DNA of 64,000 nt from Alkalispirochaeta sp. (GTDB lineage Bacteria; Spirochaetota; Spirochaetia; DSM-27196; Alkalispirochaetaceae): NCBI GenBank assembly GCA_965601925.1, contig OZ271854.1, forward strand, positions 128,001-192,000, in the 5' to 3' direction. The notes below the pieces were generated by a model. The model was given only the letters and a program-made list of their open reading frames with translations. It was not told the origin of the DNA and did not search any database. The position numbers and the translations under genes are program-made. How positions within the stretch are numbered: the stretch's first letter is position 1; each line of letters begins with the position of its first letter. This document shows, piece by piece, positions 51,212 through 61,727 of this stretch.

Positions 51212-51678
51212 ACCTCCGGAGAAGAGGTTCGTCGTTGCGCGGGACGCTGAAGCGGACCGTCCGTCGCGACCTATCGCACGGACTGTACTGTGCGATGACC
51301 CTCGCGGTCGTCGCGCTGCTTGTGGGGTGCGCGACTATAGCTCCGGGGCGCTCTCGGTCCGGCAACGGTGCGAGTACGGTCGAGGGGACCGACGATACCG
51401 AGGAAGAGGCTCCGCTCTTTCAGACCTCCGAGGACTATTGGGTCCAAACACCGTGGTTCAGCGTCAGTTCGATCATCATTCGGGTACGTACCACGCAGCC
51501 CCGGACCGTCATCGTACTCCCGGAATCGTCGGTCATGCGCGACTACATGACGAACGACCGGAACGTCGTCTTCGACGCCGATTCGATACCCCACCGCATG
51601 CGCTTTCTCTTCGGCCTGGGAATCAAAACGGGTGATATCGATCCCTTCTTCGACCCCGACCGAATCGACCGTCCGTAG
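51208..51678 (+). CDS. Hypothetical lipoprotein (start may be ATG 51295)
   Basis: LAVVALLVGC lipobox. Confidence 0.6.
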   Translation: MNLRRRGSSLRGTLKRTVRRDLSHGLYCAMTLAVVALLVGCATIAPGRSRSGNGASTVEGTDDTEEEAPLFQTSEDYWVQTPWFSVSSIIIRVRTTQPRTVIVLPESSVMRDYMTNDRNVVFDADSIPHRMRFLFGLGIKTGDIDPFFDPDRIDRP

Positions 51679-51737
51679 CAGTTCGAATAGCACACCGGGA
51701 ACTACGGTTCCGATTGGAGGGCGCGAATACGCCGTCG

Positions 51738-53186
51738 CTACTGTTGCCGCCAAAAGCGTCCGGTGAAGAGCACCAGCACGGTGTAGATCTCAAGCCGCCC
51801 CAACATCATAACGAAGGTGAGATACACCTTAATCCAGTCGGGAAAGAAGGCGTAGTTCTGAGTCGGCCCTACTCCGCCGAAACCGGGACCGATGTTTCCG
51901 AGGGTCACCAACGCGGTACTGAGGGAGGTGAGAATGTCGTTTCCCGCCGCGGCGACCAGAACGGTGGTACATAGAATCAGCACCATGTACAGGGCGACGA
52001 ACCCGCTTATCGCGTAAACGATGTCTTTTCGCAGCCGCTCGCCGCTCAATCGAATCGAAAAGATACCGCGCGGATAGACGAGATAGCGCATCTCGTTCCA
52101 ACCCTGCTTTATCATCGTTACGACGCGCACGACTTTGATACCGCCTCCGGTCGATCCCGAGCTTCCACCGACAAACATGAGGACGAACAGCACGATTTGC
52201 GCCAGTTCGGACCAGACCGCGAAATCGGCCGTTGCATACCCCGTGGTAGTGAGAATACTGGCCACCTGAAACGCGCCGTATCGCAGCCCCGCCCCGAAAC
52301 CGCCGTACTCTCCCCGCAGGGCGAGTGCGGTAATGAGGCTGGCGACGACGAAGATACCGATGTACGCCCTCAACTCGCCGTCCTGGACGATCGAGCGAAA
52401 CCGTCGCGTCGCGATCTTGTAGTACAGGACGAAGTTGACGCCGGCGAGTACCATGAATACCGTAATTACGATATCGATGTACGCCGAGTCGTAGGCGCCG
52501 ACGCTCGCATTGCGCGGCGAAAACCCCCCCGTCGCCATCGTCCCGAAGGTGTGAGTCAGCGCATCGAAGAGGTTCATCCCCCCCAAAAGAAGCAGCACGA
52601 CCTCCACGACGCTCAAAAGGACGTAGGAAAGCCACAGAATCTTCGCCGTCTCGGTGATTTTTGGGGTGAGCTTGTCGACGCGCGGTCCGGGCGCCTCGGC
52701 CTTGATCAACTGCAGCCCTCGTATGCCCAAAAGGGGGAAAATAGCGACCGTCAACACGATGATCCCCATACCCCCGAGCCAATGCGTGAGGGATCGCCAG
52801 AACAAAATCGAGCGCGGCAGATCTTCGATACTGGTGAGGATCGAAGCTCCGGTCGTGGTAAAACCGCTCATCGTCTCGAAGAGCGCGTCGACGTAGGATG
52901 GAATCGCGCCGGACAGGACAAAGGGAATCGCACCCACCAACGAGGCAACGACCCATCCGACACTCACCATCAGAAACCCGTCGCGCGTCGACACCTCGTC
53001 GTAATCGCGCCCGGCGAAGTGTACGAACGCCGCAGCAAGGGGAACGATCACCGCAACGGGAAGCAAAAAGGCCCGAAACGTCCCCTCTTCGCCGTCCGTC
53101 AGCGCCCAGATTAGGGGCGTCACCATAAACGCACACACGACGATAACCAGGATCGCCACGAACCGTAGGACCAAACGGGCATTCAT
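51738..53186 (-). CDS. trkH: Trk potassium uptake membrane protein
   Basis: SGFTTTGA; WLGGMG; GSTGGGIK; LGRLE. Confidence 0.95.
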   Translation of the reverse strand: MNARLVLRFVAILVIVVCAFMVTPLIWALTDGEEGTFRAFLLPVAVIVPLAAAFVHFAGRDYDEVSTRDGFLMVSVGWVVASLVGAIPFVLSGAIPSYVDALFETMSGFTTTGASILTSIEDLPRSILFWRSLTHWLGGMGIIVLTVAIFPLLGIRGLQLIKAEAPGPRVDKLTPKITETAKILWLSYVLLSVVEVVLLLLGGMNLFDALTHTFGTMATGGFSPRNASVGAYDSAYIDIVITVFMVLAGVNFVLYYKIATRRFRSIVQDGELRAYIGIFVVASLITALALRGEYGGFGAGLRYGAFQVASILTTTGYATADFAVWSELAQIVLFVLMFVGGSSGSTGGGIKVVRVVTMIKQGWNEMRYLVYPRGIFSIRLSGERLRKDIVYAISGFVALYMVLILCTTVLVAAAGNDILTSLSTALVTLGNIGPGFGGVGPTQNYAFFPDWIKVYLTFVMMLGRLEIYTVLVLFTGRFWRQQ

Positions 53187-53262
53187 TACCCATCATCTCC
53201 GGTGCGTCGGCGACTACCGTGCAGAGCCCATCCGCGACGGCGCGCGCGCGCGACGGCGCCCA

Positions 53263-54651
53263 CTACGTAAAGATCTCCTGAACGCGATCGGCGTGCTCCT
53301 TTTTGGCCACAACGACGAGATGATCATTGCCGCGGATCACGTTACTGCCCCCGGGAACCAAACTCATACCGTCCCGTTCGAGCGCAACGATCAACGAGTC
53401 TTTGGGAAGCGAAAGATTCCGAATTGCCGTGCCGACGGCGCGGCTGTCGGAGCGTACCGTAAGCTCGATCGCCTCGATCTTACCGTCGCTGATCGTGTGG
53501 ATGCTTCGTACCGCCCCGCTTCGGATGAACCGCAGAATCGTCGTTGCGATCGCGCTCTTTTGACTCACGGGCACGTCGATACCGAGCTGCGAGGCGATCG
53601 GAGCGTAACTCGCCCGATTCACCAGCACGATCGAGCGCGTTACGCCCAAACTCTTGGCGTACAACGCCGTCACGATATTGAGCTCCTGGTTGTCGGTCGT
53701 GGCAATCACCAAATCGGAGTTGGCGAAGTGTTGCTCCTCGAAGACGCCGTCGTCGGAAATATCGGCATTGATGACCAGAGCGTCGGGAAACTCCTCGGAG
53801 AGCTTCTTGCACCGCCGGTAGTCTCTATCGACGATTTTGACGTACCGTTCGTTCCCGGCGAGCCGTCGCGCCACGCGCTGAAAGAGCGACCCGCGGGAGC
53901 CGGTAAGGAGGTGCCGCGCTACCTGTTGCCCGATGCGGCCGCCGCCCACGATGATAATGCGCTTGAGCTCGCTGCGGCCCTTCCCGAGGGTATCGAAGAT
54001 CCTCTCGAAGTCGGTCTCGTTAGCCACGAGATACAGAATGTCACTGCCCGATAGGCGCGTATCGCCGGAGGGAATGAGGTACCGATTCTCGCGAATCACG
54101 ACGGCGACGAGAAAGGAACCAGGCAACACCTGGGAGAGCTCTTGGAGCGAGCGCCCTGCCAGAGGGCCGTCGCGCTCGACCACGACGGTACGAATCTGCA
54201 TCGTCGACTGCTCGAAAGCCATGATGTCACTCACCGCACCGAAGTCCATGGCGCGTATAATCGCCTGAGCCGCCTCGATCTCGGGATTAACGACGAAATC
54301 TATGCCGAGAAAACGCTTCTCCGAGAGTTTGCCCGCGTGGTAGTCGACGCTGCGCACTCGCGCGATCTTCGCACGCACCTGAAACTCCGACGAGACGATC
54401 CCGCAGGCGATCATATTCACCTCGTCGGAGTCGGTCGCGGCGACGAAATAGTCGGCGGTCTCGGTGCCGGCGCGACGCAGGATCTCGTGATTCGTGCCCT
54501 CGCCGGTAACGACCATGCAATCCAGGAGGTCGGCTACTCGAGAGGCGATATCGGGATTCTTCTCGATGAGCACGACGTTTTTTTTCTCGCTGATGAGTTG
54601 TTTCGCGAGCTGAAAGCCGACGGCTCCCGCTCCGACGATCACAACCTTCAT
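53263..54651 (-). CDS. trkA: Trk potassium uptake protein TrkA
   Basis: Two GxGxxG RCK domains. Confidence 0.95.
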   Translation of the reverse strand: MKVVIVGAGAVGFQLAKQLISEKKNVVLIEKNPDIASRVADLLDCMVVTGEGTNHEILRRAGTETADYFVAATDSDEVNMIACGIVSSEFQVRAKIARVRSVDYHAGKLSEKRFLGIDFVVNPEIEAAQAIIRAMDFGAVSDIMAFEQSTMQIRTVVVERDGPLAGRSLQELSQVLPGSFLVAVVIRENRYLIPSGDTRLSGSDILYLVANETDFERIFDTLGKGRSELKRIIIVGGGRIGQQVARHLLTGSRGSLFQRVARRLAGNERYVKIVDRDYRRCKKLSEEFPDALVINADISDDGVFEEQHFANSDLVIATTDNQELNIVTALYAKSLGVTRSIVLVNRASYAPIASQLGIDVPVSQKSAIATTILRFIRSGAVRSIHTISDGKIEAIELTVRSDSRAVGTAIRNLSLPKDSLIVALERDGMSLVPGGSNVIRGNDHLVVVAKKEHADRVQEIFT

Positions 54652-54801
54652 GTCGATCGGTTATATCAGCGCGGCCGAGCGCTGTCAAATCATTGTGCAC
54701 CGCCCCACCGTTCGCCCGCTTGCATAGGCGCGTCGCCGGCGAACGGTCGCTCCTTGATGGCGCGACACAAAAGCAATACACTACATGACGTGGAACGAGC
54801 G

Positions 54802-55101
54802 ATGGATAAGGTAAACTACAAGACGATCGACGGAGAGCGAAAAGAGCACGACACGATCGTCTACGCCCTCTCGACGTGTGCGTTCTGTCGACGGGCAATC
54901 GAATATCTCAAAAAACAAAAAGTTCAGTTCCGTTATACCTATCTCGATCAAATCGATGTGGAGACCAAACGCTCGGTTAAACGCGAGTTGGCCGAGCGTT
55001 TTGACAATATCGTCGTGTTTCCGATCTTGGTTGTCGACGATCAGCGAGCATACTCGGGTTTCACCGAGTCGGTGTGGGCGCGGGCCTTAGATTTGGAGTA
55101 G
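54802..55101 (+). CDS. Glutaredoxin-like protein
   Basis: LSTCAFC; FP; GF motifs. Confidence 0.85.
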   Translation: MDKVNYKTIDGERKEHDTIVYALSTCAFCRRAIEYLKKQKVQFRYTYLDQIDVETKRSVKRELAERFDNIVVFPILVVDDQRAYSGFTESVWARALDLE

Positions 55102-55111
55102 CAGCCCAACC

Positions 55112-55447
55112 ATGGCCGACCGCACCCTGGAACAGACCAGACAGTTTATCGAACGGGCGGCGCAGCGCAACGGGTGGGAGTCCAATCCCGACGAGGACTT
55201 TCGCGGGACGATCGCCGAGGGTCTCACCACCAACGCAAATCGCCACGGGTACTACCTGTGTCCGTGCCGCGACGGCGAGGGGAATCGCAAGGACGACGCC
55301 GATATCGTCTGTCCGTGTATCTACGCCAAACGAGATATCGAGGAGTACGGCCAATGCTTCTGCGGCCTCTTCCTCTCTCCCGCGAAGGCGCGCGAAACGC
55401 CGCTCGTCGTAGAACAGATACCCGAGCGTCGTCACCGGCTACACTGA
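55112..55447 (+). CDS. Ferredoxin-thioredoxin reductase catalytic subunit-like protein
   Basis: CPC, CPC and CFC motifs. Confidence 0.9.
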   Translation: MADRTLEQTRQFIERAAQRNGWESNPDEDFRGTIAEGLTTNANRHGYYLCPCRDGEGNRKDDADIVCPCIYAKRDIEEYGQCFCGLFLSPAKARETPLVVEQIPERRHRLH

Positions 55448-55458
55448 GCGCCCGGCGG

Positions 55459-56526
55459 CTAATCCTCACACAAGTCGCGACAACGTTTCACAAACGCGTC
55501 GACCATGTCGTCGCTCGTATCCCATGAGATCATCAGACGCGCCATCGACCGTTCGGCATCCCACATGTAGAAACCGAACTCCTCTTGAAGCGTCGCCACC
55601 ACCGGGGGCGGCAACTCGACGAAGACGCCGTTGGCCTCTACCGGATGGGCGAGACGCACGCCGGGGATGCGCGAAAGACGCAGCGCGAGCTCGCCCGCAA
55701 GCGCGTTGGCGCGATGCGCATTTTCAAACCATATATCGCCGGCCAGGTACGACAAAAACTGCCCGGCGATATAGCGCATCTTGGAGTGGAGTTGCGTCGT
55801 CTGTTTGCGGAAAAAGGGAAAGAACCGTTCTAAATCGCGGTTGAAGAAGACGACCGCCTCTCCGAAGAGAAGCCCGTTCTTGGTCGCGCCGAACGACAAC
55901 ACGTCCACGCCGGCCTCCGATGTAATCGCACGCAACGCGCGGATCGGAGAGATCGATTCCCCCGCACGCACGGATCGGGTGTGGACCGTCGCCGCCGCAT
56001 TCGCGATCCGGGCACCGTCCATGTGGACGGTCATCCCCGCCTCGTGCGCGGCGGCGGTTAGCTCGCCGAGCGCCGAGGGCTCGTATATCGTTCCGACTTC
56101 CGTTGCTTGGGTAAGCGACACGACCGCCGGCTGGCTGGTGTGCTCGAACCCCAGGCGCGAGAGAAACGGCGTTATGTCGTCGGGCCTGAGACGACCGTCC
56201 TCGCGCGCAACCGGCAGGAGCTTGAATCCCCCGATCGCCTCCGGAGCGCCCCCTTCGTCTTCGTTGATGTGGGCCATCTCGGTGCAGATAACCGCCTCGA
56301 ACGGACGCGCCATGCAACGCAGAGCGCTCACGTTGGCTCCCGTGCCGTTGTAGACGAAATAGACGCCGCAATCGACGCCGAAGAGCTCCGCAAGCGCCTC
56401 CCTGGTCGCCTTGGTAACGGTGTCGGCACCGTAGGCCATCTCGTGCTCGCGCGAGAGTTCTTGCAATCCCGACAAGACGGCCGGGTGCGCCGCCGATGCG
56501 TTGTCGCTTGCGAAAAGCTCTCTCAC
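55459..56526 (-). CDS. Low-specificity threonine aldolase
   Basis: FASDN; HMDGARIANA; SFGATKNG. Confidence 0.9.
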   Translation of the reverse strand: MRELFASDNASAAHPAVLSGLQELSREHEMAYGADTVTKATREALAELFGVDCGVYFVYNGTGANVSALRCMARPFEAVICTEMAHINEDEGGAPEAIGGFKLLPVAREDGRLRPDDITPFLSRLGFEHTSQPAVVSLTQATEVGTIYEPSALGELTAAAHEAGMTVHMDGARIANAAATVHTRSVRAGESISPIRALRAITSEAGVDVLSFGATKNGLLFGEAVVFFNRDLERFFPFFRKQTTQLHSKMRYIAGQFLSYLAGDIWFENAHRANALAGELALRLSRIPGVRLAHPVEANGVFVELPPPVVATLQEEFGFYMWDAERSMARLMISWDTSDDMVDAFVKRCRDLCED

Positions 56527-57788
56527 GACTCCGCCCCGTGTGCGGGCGACTCAGTCGGTGTCACGCCGTGATCCTCATCCCGCGCCTCGCGATCGTCGAA
56601 GAGCTCGCGCTCCAAGGCGATGAGCGCCGGATGGTCGGGTTCGAGCTTGTCGGCCATAGCGTAGTCGGCGCGCGCCGACTCGAGGTCGTCGAGGTCGCGG
56701 TAGAGCTGCGCTCGTGCAACCCTTGAGTCGATATGGTACGGGTCATATTCGAGGCAGCGCGAGAAATCCGCCAGCGCCGCATCCGTGCGGTCCAAGCTGC
56801 GATACACGACGCCGCGATAATAATACGCCTTGGTCGTCTGCGGTGAGAGACGAATCGTCGCGGAGAAGTCTTCGATTGCACCGTCGGAGTCACCGAGGGC
56901 GAAGCGCGCCATGCCGCGATGGCTGTGGATGATTGCGGCGATGTGCTCCGCCGGCTGATACGTGAGAATATCGGTGTACAACCGCGCCGCCCACTGGTAG
57001 TCCTTACGGTTGTGGGCGTGAAGCGCGTTAATGAGCATGCCGTCGATCGTATCGCTCCCGGTGTGGATCGACTCGACCTCCTCCGAGGGGTCGACATCGT
57101 GCGATTCGATACCGCTCGCCTGGGACCAGAACGTCTCACGGCGACGCATGAGTTTACTCTGCAGCGAACGCTGATAGTCGCGGATCTCCTGAAAGATGAT
57201 GTCCGATAGGGTCAGATTGGCGTTCAGCGCCGCCAGCTTTCGGCGGAGTTGCCGGTCGAGCGGGGTGAGTTCGGCTTTGTAGACCAACTCGTGCTCGACC
57301 TCGGCCCACGCATCCTGCAGGATGGTTCGAATCTGCACCTCACACGTCCAGCGCGTACCCAAATGGAAGCTGTCGCAGATATCGGCCGGCAGGCGTACCA
57401 GGAGATGAATCGACGAGTAACCGAACTCGGTCGTACCGAGATCCGATCCCTTGCGTTCGACTTCGGTGATGTCGAAGGCGTTGTGAAGCGTCTTCTCCAC
57501 GCGGCCGATGTCCTCTACAAAGGGACATACGACGCGTACTCCCATCAGATCGGTCACCTCGATCGTGTCGCCCGGGGCGAGCTCACGGGAACGGCGCAAT
57601 AACTTCTCGTAAATACTGTCAAACGTCTTAATGCGAAACTTGAGAGTGGGTCGCAATCCATCCTTTTCGACCGCGCGACGGATTCGCCGTTGCAACTCGT
57701 GGAGCGCCTTATCCAGGACGGTCGCGTGTTTGTCGTAGTCCTGCTGAATCTTCAGGCGCGAAGGAAGCGGAAGAGTATGGCGAAACAT
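56523..57788 (-). CDS. RelA/SpoT-type (p)ppGpp synthetase domain plus TPR repeats
   Basis: RIKTFDSIYEK; DLMGVRV; GYSSIH; EVQIRT..WAEVEH; C-terminal TPRs. Confidence 0.88.
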   Translation of the reverse strand: MFRHTLPLPSRLKIQQDYDKHATVLDKALHELQRRIRRAVEKDGLRPTLKFRIKTFDSIYEKLLRRSRELAPGDTIEVTDLMGVRVVCPFVEDIGRVEKTLHNAFDITEVERKGSDLGTTEFGYSSIHLLVRLPADICDSFHLGTRWTCEVQIRTILQDAWAEVEHELVYKAELTPLDRQLRRKLAALNANLTLSDIIFQEIRDYQRSLQSKLMRRRETFWSQASGIESHDVDPSEEVESIHTGSDTIDGMLINALHAHNRKDYQWAARLYTDILTYQPAEHIAAIIHSHRGMARFALGDSDGAIEDFSATIRLSPQTTKAYYYRGVVYRSLDRTDAALADFSRCLEYDPYHIDSRVARAQLYRDLDDLESARADYAMADKLEPDHPALIALERELFDDREARDEDHGVTPTESPAHGAES

Positions 57789-57828
57789 GCGGCCATCATA
57801 GCACGTCTGGTAGTATTTTGAAGCGGCA

Positions 57829-58956
57829 ATGAACCGAGCGGAACGACTGTTTTTGGAGGGCGTCTTCCTCCTGACACTCCTTGGTATGAGTCTCGCATTC
57901 CTGCGATTGATGCAACCGTTTCTCCTATCCCTGTTTCTCGCATTGGTGTTCGCCAACATCTTTCGGCGGCCGTTCGGCTACCTACATGAGAAAACGGGCA
58001 AACCCCGACTGGCGGCGGCCCTCACGATCCTCCTGGTCTTTCTCGTGGTGGCGCTTCCGGTAACCGTCGTCGCCACGCTCGTCTCGACCGAGCTTGCCGA
58101 GGCGATCTCCAACATTCGCCAGGACTGGAACGACATTCAGTCGATGTTCGCCCTTTCGGAGACGATCGAGTGGCTGCGGACCGTACCGGTGATCGGCTCG
58201 ATCGCGGAACACGTATCGCCCGGAGAGCTCAACGAAACGTTGCGGGAATCGCTTCTGAGCATCAGCGACTCGCTGCTCTTTATATCGCAACGCTCCATCG
58301 GCAACGTGGCCGGCGCGGTATTCAACTTTCTCATTATTCTCCTGCTCGTGTTCTTCTTCCTGCTCGACGGCCCGCGAGTGGTGAAACATCTCTACGAAAC
58401 GATTCCGATGAGCAACGCCGAGATCGACCAAATCGCCGGAGAGACGTTCAACACCACCAGCGCCACGCTCATAAGCACGATCATTATCGGTTTGATGGAG
58501 GGCGGTCTCGCAACGGCACTCTTTCTGATTTTCGAGTTACCCAGTCCATTCTTGTGGGGAGTTATCACGATGGTACTCTCGATGATACCCCTTATCGGAA
58601 CGAACCTCATACTCATACCCGCGGGACTCATCACGATTATTGCCGGTCGTCCCGTCGCGGGTGTGTTAATCATCGTCTCTGGGGCAGTGGGCGTCGCCAT
58701 TACACAAAATGTCATAAAGCCCAAACTTCTCGGGGATCGTTCGGGTCTCCATCCGGCCCTCGCGCTCCTCTCGACGATCGGAGGTATCGCGTGGCTGGGC
58801 TTGATCGGATTCCTGGTGGGGCCCGTCCTCGCGGCGATCTTCATCGTGGTGTGGCGTCAGTTTGCACAACGCTACCGCGGTATGCTGAACGGAAAGAATA
58901 CGCTGCCGGGCGAGGCGGCCGACCGGTCGACGGAGCCGCACCCGGACTCAGAGTGA
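57829..58956 (+). CDS. AI-2E family transporter
   Basis: FFFLLDG; IKPKLLG..LHP..GFLVGP. Confidence 0.9.
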   Translation: MNRAERLFLEGVFLLTLLGMSLAFLRLMQPFLLSLFLALVFANIFRRPFGYLHEKTGKPRLAAALTILLVFLVVALPVTVVATLVSTELAEAISNIRQDWNDIQSMFALSETIEWLRTVPVIGSIAEHVSPGELNETLRESLLSISDSLLFISQRSIGNVAGAVFNFLIILLLVFFFLLDGPRVVKHLYETIPMSNAEIDQIAGETFNTTSATLISTIIIGLMEGGLATALFLIFELPSPFLWGVITMVLSMIPLIGTNLILIPAGLITIIAGRPVAGVLIIVSGAVGVAITQNVIKPKLLGDRSGLHPALALLSTIGGIAWLGLIGFLVGPVLAAIFIVVWRQFAQRYRGMLNGKNTLPGEAADRSTEPHPDSE

Positions 58957-58985
58957 GTCCGCATCGCCGTCGGCGTCAACTCGAC

Positions 58986-60095
58986 CTACGTGTTGAACTT
59001 GAAAAACATCACGTCGCCGTCCCGTACGCGATAGCCCTTACCCTCTTGGCGCAACTTGCCCGCCTCGCGAACTTTCTGCTCGCTTTCGTAGGCGAAAAGG
59101 TCTTCCACGTGATACGTCTCGGCGCGGATGAATCCCTTCTGAAAATCGCTGTGAATTACTCCCGCCGCCTCGGGCGCCGTCGCCCCTTCGTGAAAGGTCC
59201 ACGCACGGATCTCCTTGGGGCCCGCGGTGAAAAAAGTACGTAATCCCAGCCCGGCGTACCCGCTTCGGATGAGCTGGGCGAGCCCCGGCTCCGAGAGCCC
59301 GGCATCTTCCAAAAAGGCACGCCGCTCCTCTTCGCTCTCGAGGGCGACGATCTCCTTCTCGAGCTGCCCGCAGATGCGCACCGCCTCCGCTCCCTCGCGT
59401 TCGGCGTACTCCCTGACCGCCGCCTCGTGGGGCGACGATCCATCCAGACCCGACTCGTCGACGTTGCATACAAAAAGCACCGGCTTCATCGTCAACAGGT
59501 GGAGATCGCGAATGAGAAGCCGCTCGTCGTCGGAGAGCTCGAGTCCACGCGCCGGACGCCCCTCTTGAAGCTCGGCCGAAAGTGCGTCGAGGAGCGGCTC
59601 CAGAGTACGTGAAGCGGCGACGACCGCTTTGTCATGGGACTTCAGCTCCTTGGCAAGGCGATCCCGGCGCCGGGTGACGGTCTCCAAATCGGCGAGGGCG
59701 AGTTCGATATCGATCGTCTCGATATCGCGCAATGCATTGACCGAACCGTCGACGTGGGTGATATCGTCATCCTCGAAACAGCGCACGACATGGGCGATGA
59801 TTCCCGTCTCTCGTATGTGGGCGAGGAACTGATTTCCTCTCCCCTCGCCCTTGCTGGCGCCCCGGACGAGACCGGCGATATCGACGAACTCGACTACCGT
59901 CGGTACGACCTTCTCGGTCGGTATGAGCTCGGAAAGGCGGTCCAGACGCGCGTCCGGTACCGGCACGACGCCCACGTTGGGATCGATCGTGCAAAAAGGA
60001 TAGTTCGCCGCCTCAGCGGGTACGGCGGTGAGAGCTGAGAATATGGTGGACTTGCCGACGTTGGGCAGGCCCACGATGCCGACGTTTACGGGCAT
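58986..60095 (-). CDS. ychF: Redox-regulated ATPase YchF
   Basis: GLPNVGKST; NYPFCTIDPN; DIAGLV; GFIRAE. Confidence 0.97.
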   Translation of the reverse strand: MPVNVGIVGLPNVGKSTIFSALTAVPAEAANYPFCTIDPNVGVVPVPDARLDRLSELIPTEKVVPTVVEFVDIAGLVRGASKGEGRGNQFLAHIRETGIIAHVVRCFEDDDITHVDGSVNALRDIETIDIELALADLETVTRRRDRLAKELKSHDKAVVAASRTLEPLLDALSAELQEGRPARGLELSDDERLLIRDLHLLTMKPVLFVCNVDESGLDGSSPHEAAVREYAEREGAEAVRICGQLEKEIVALESEEERRAFLEDAGLSEPGLAQLIRSGYAGLGLRTFFTAGPKEIRAWTFHEGATAPEAAGVIHSDFQKGFIRAETYHVEDLFAYESEQKVREAGKLRQEGKGYRVRDGDVMFFKFNT

Positions 60096-60194
60096 GAAAT
60101 TCTTCCTTTCATCATAACTGCTCGGGTTCCGAGGCGGCGGAGTATAGCATAGAGCGGGAGCAAACCGCTATACTTCGCCGGTAGCGAGAAAAAT

Positions 60195-61703
60195 ATGATA
60201 ATGTATGCGCACAACCGCCCCGCCGCCACGCCCCGCCTTTTTTCGTGCGTGGGCGTAATAATTCTTTTGACGCTGGTAACGATCGCGCCGGTATTCCCCC
60301 AAGGTCGTACGAAGAGGCGTCCACCGACCATCCAGTTCGATCGGCAGATATCGGGGGTCGTTCCGACCGTCGGCCCCGGAGCGGGTCGCATATCCTACCG
60401 CTTTGAGGTCTCCGATGAGGCGTTCGGCGTCCGCATCGAGCTTGCCAATGCTCAGGCGGATCTCGATATCGTGCTGTACGACGGCAACGGAGAACTTGCG
60501 ACGTTCTCGGAAACGACGATGTACAACGAGACGTTGGCGATCACACGTCTCACCGACCCGGAGCTCAGGACCGGAACGTACGGTTTGGATATCACCTACC
60601 AGTACAACCGTCCGCCGGTCATCGACGGCGTCGAGCTTACCGAGATACCGTTCGAGATGGTGGTGCACGGCATCGTTCCCGCCGTTCGCCGTCGCCTTCG
60701 TCCGGGGCAGGGAGTGAGCGACACCTTATTGCCGGAGGATTCCATGGTCGCGCTCTACGAGATCGAAGTGCCGATCGGAACCCGCGCGCTACGCCTCGAT
60801 GTGACGGACACCACCGCCGACCTCGACATATTTATCAACCGCGACCGCCCGACCATGACGCTGTACGAGTCGGACTATTGGTCGCAATCGGTCCGATCGA
60901 CGGAGAACATCATCATCGATCGCAACAGCTCTCCCCCGCTCCGTCCCGGAACGTACTACGCGGTGATCATCGACCAGATCGACGACACATACGAGACCGA
61001 CTTCGCCCTCACCGTCCACGACGAGGAGGAGGCGCCGCACGCACTCCTACGACACGTTGAAATTCCGACGGGACGCGACGGAATCGAACGAGCACTCGAC
61101 GCCACGGTGGAGCTGTTGACCTTCGGCGGCGGCGGCTCGGGCGTGCTGGTGAGTCCCGACGGATTCATACTGACCAACCACCACGTGATCGTCGACGAAT
61201 CGGGCGAAGCGGCGGACGAGATAACGGTGGGATTCACGCTGGACGCGGCGCTCCCGGCAGAGGAGCTCTTCTTGGCCGAGGTCGTGGAGAGCGCCCCGGA
61301 CCGCGATTTGGCCCTCCTGCGCATCGTTTCCGGACGATACGGACAGGAACTTCGACCGGGGTCCACGTTTCCCTACTTAGAGATTCGCAACGGTGGAACC
61401 GTCGGAATCGGCGACGACCTCCGCTTTATCGGATACCCGTCGATCGGCGGTACCGGCTCGCGCGCGACGATCACGCTGACTCGAGGGACCGTGGCCGGTT
61501 TCCAACGGGTGCCGTTCGGAACGCTCATAAAGACCGACGGTGAGATCAACGAGGGCAACTCCGGCGGCGCAGCGCTGGATAGCGAGCTTCGATTGGTGGG
61601 CCTCCCCACGGAGGTTGTCGGATTCGAGGCGGGACAGATCGCCTACGTCTATCCGGTAAGCGCAATCCCGCCGGCGTGGCTCTCTCTTATCGGCGTGGAA
61701 TAG
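60195..61703 (+). CDS. Secreted trypsin-like serine protease with PPC-like domains
   Basis: ILTNHHV; DLALL; GNSGG; two ADLD..GTY modules. Confidence 0.85.
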   Translation: MIMYAHNRPAATPRLFSCVGVIILLTLVTIAPVFPQGRTKRRPPTIQFDRQISGVVPTVGPGAGRISYRFEVSDEAFGVRIELANAQADLDIVLYDGNGELATFSETTMYNETLAITRLTDPELRTGTYGLDITYQYNRPPVIDGVELTEIPFEMVVHGIVPAVRRRLRPGQGVSDTLLPEDSMVALYEIEVPIGTRALRLDVTDTTADLDIFINRDRPTMTLYESDYWSQSVRSTENIIIDRNSSPPLRPGTYYAVIIDQIDDTYETDFALTVHDEEEAPHALLRHVEIPTGRDGIERALDATVELLTFGGGGSGVLVSPDGFILTNHHVIVDESGEAADEITVGFTLDAALPAEELFLAEVVESAPDRDLALLRIVSGRYGQELRPGSTFPYLEIRNGGTVGIGDDLRFIGYPSIGGTGSRATITLTRGTVAGFQRVPFGTLIKTDGEINEGNSGGAALDSELRLVGLPTEVVGFEAGQIAYVYPVSAIPPAWLSLIGVE

Positions 61704-61727
61704 CGGCAGCCGACGCCGCCGACACGG

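Noticed and set aside
53232..53260. GC-rich repeat between trkA and trkH
   Set aside because: Short low-complexity sequence with no evidence of a repeat family
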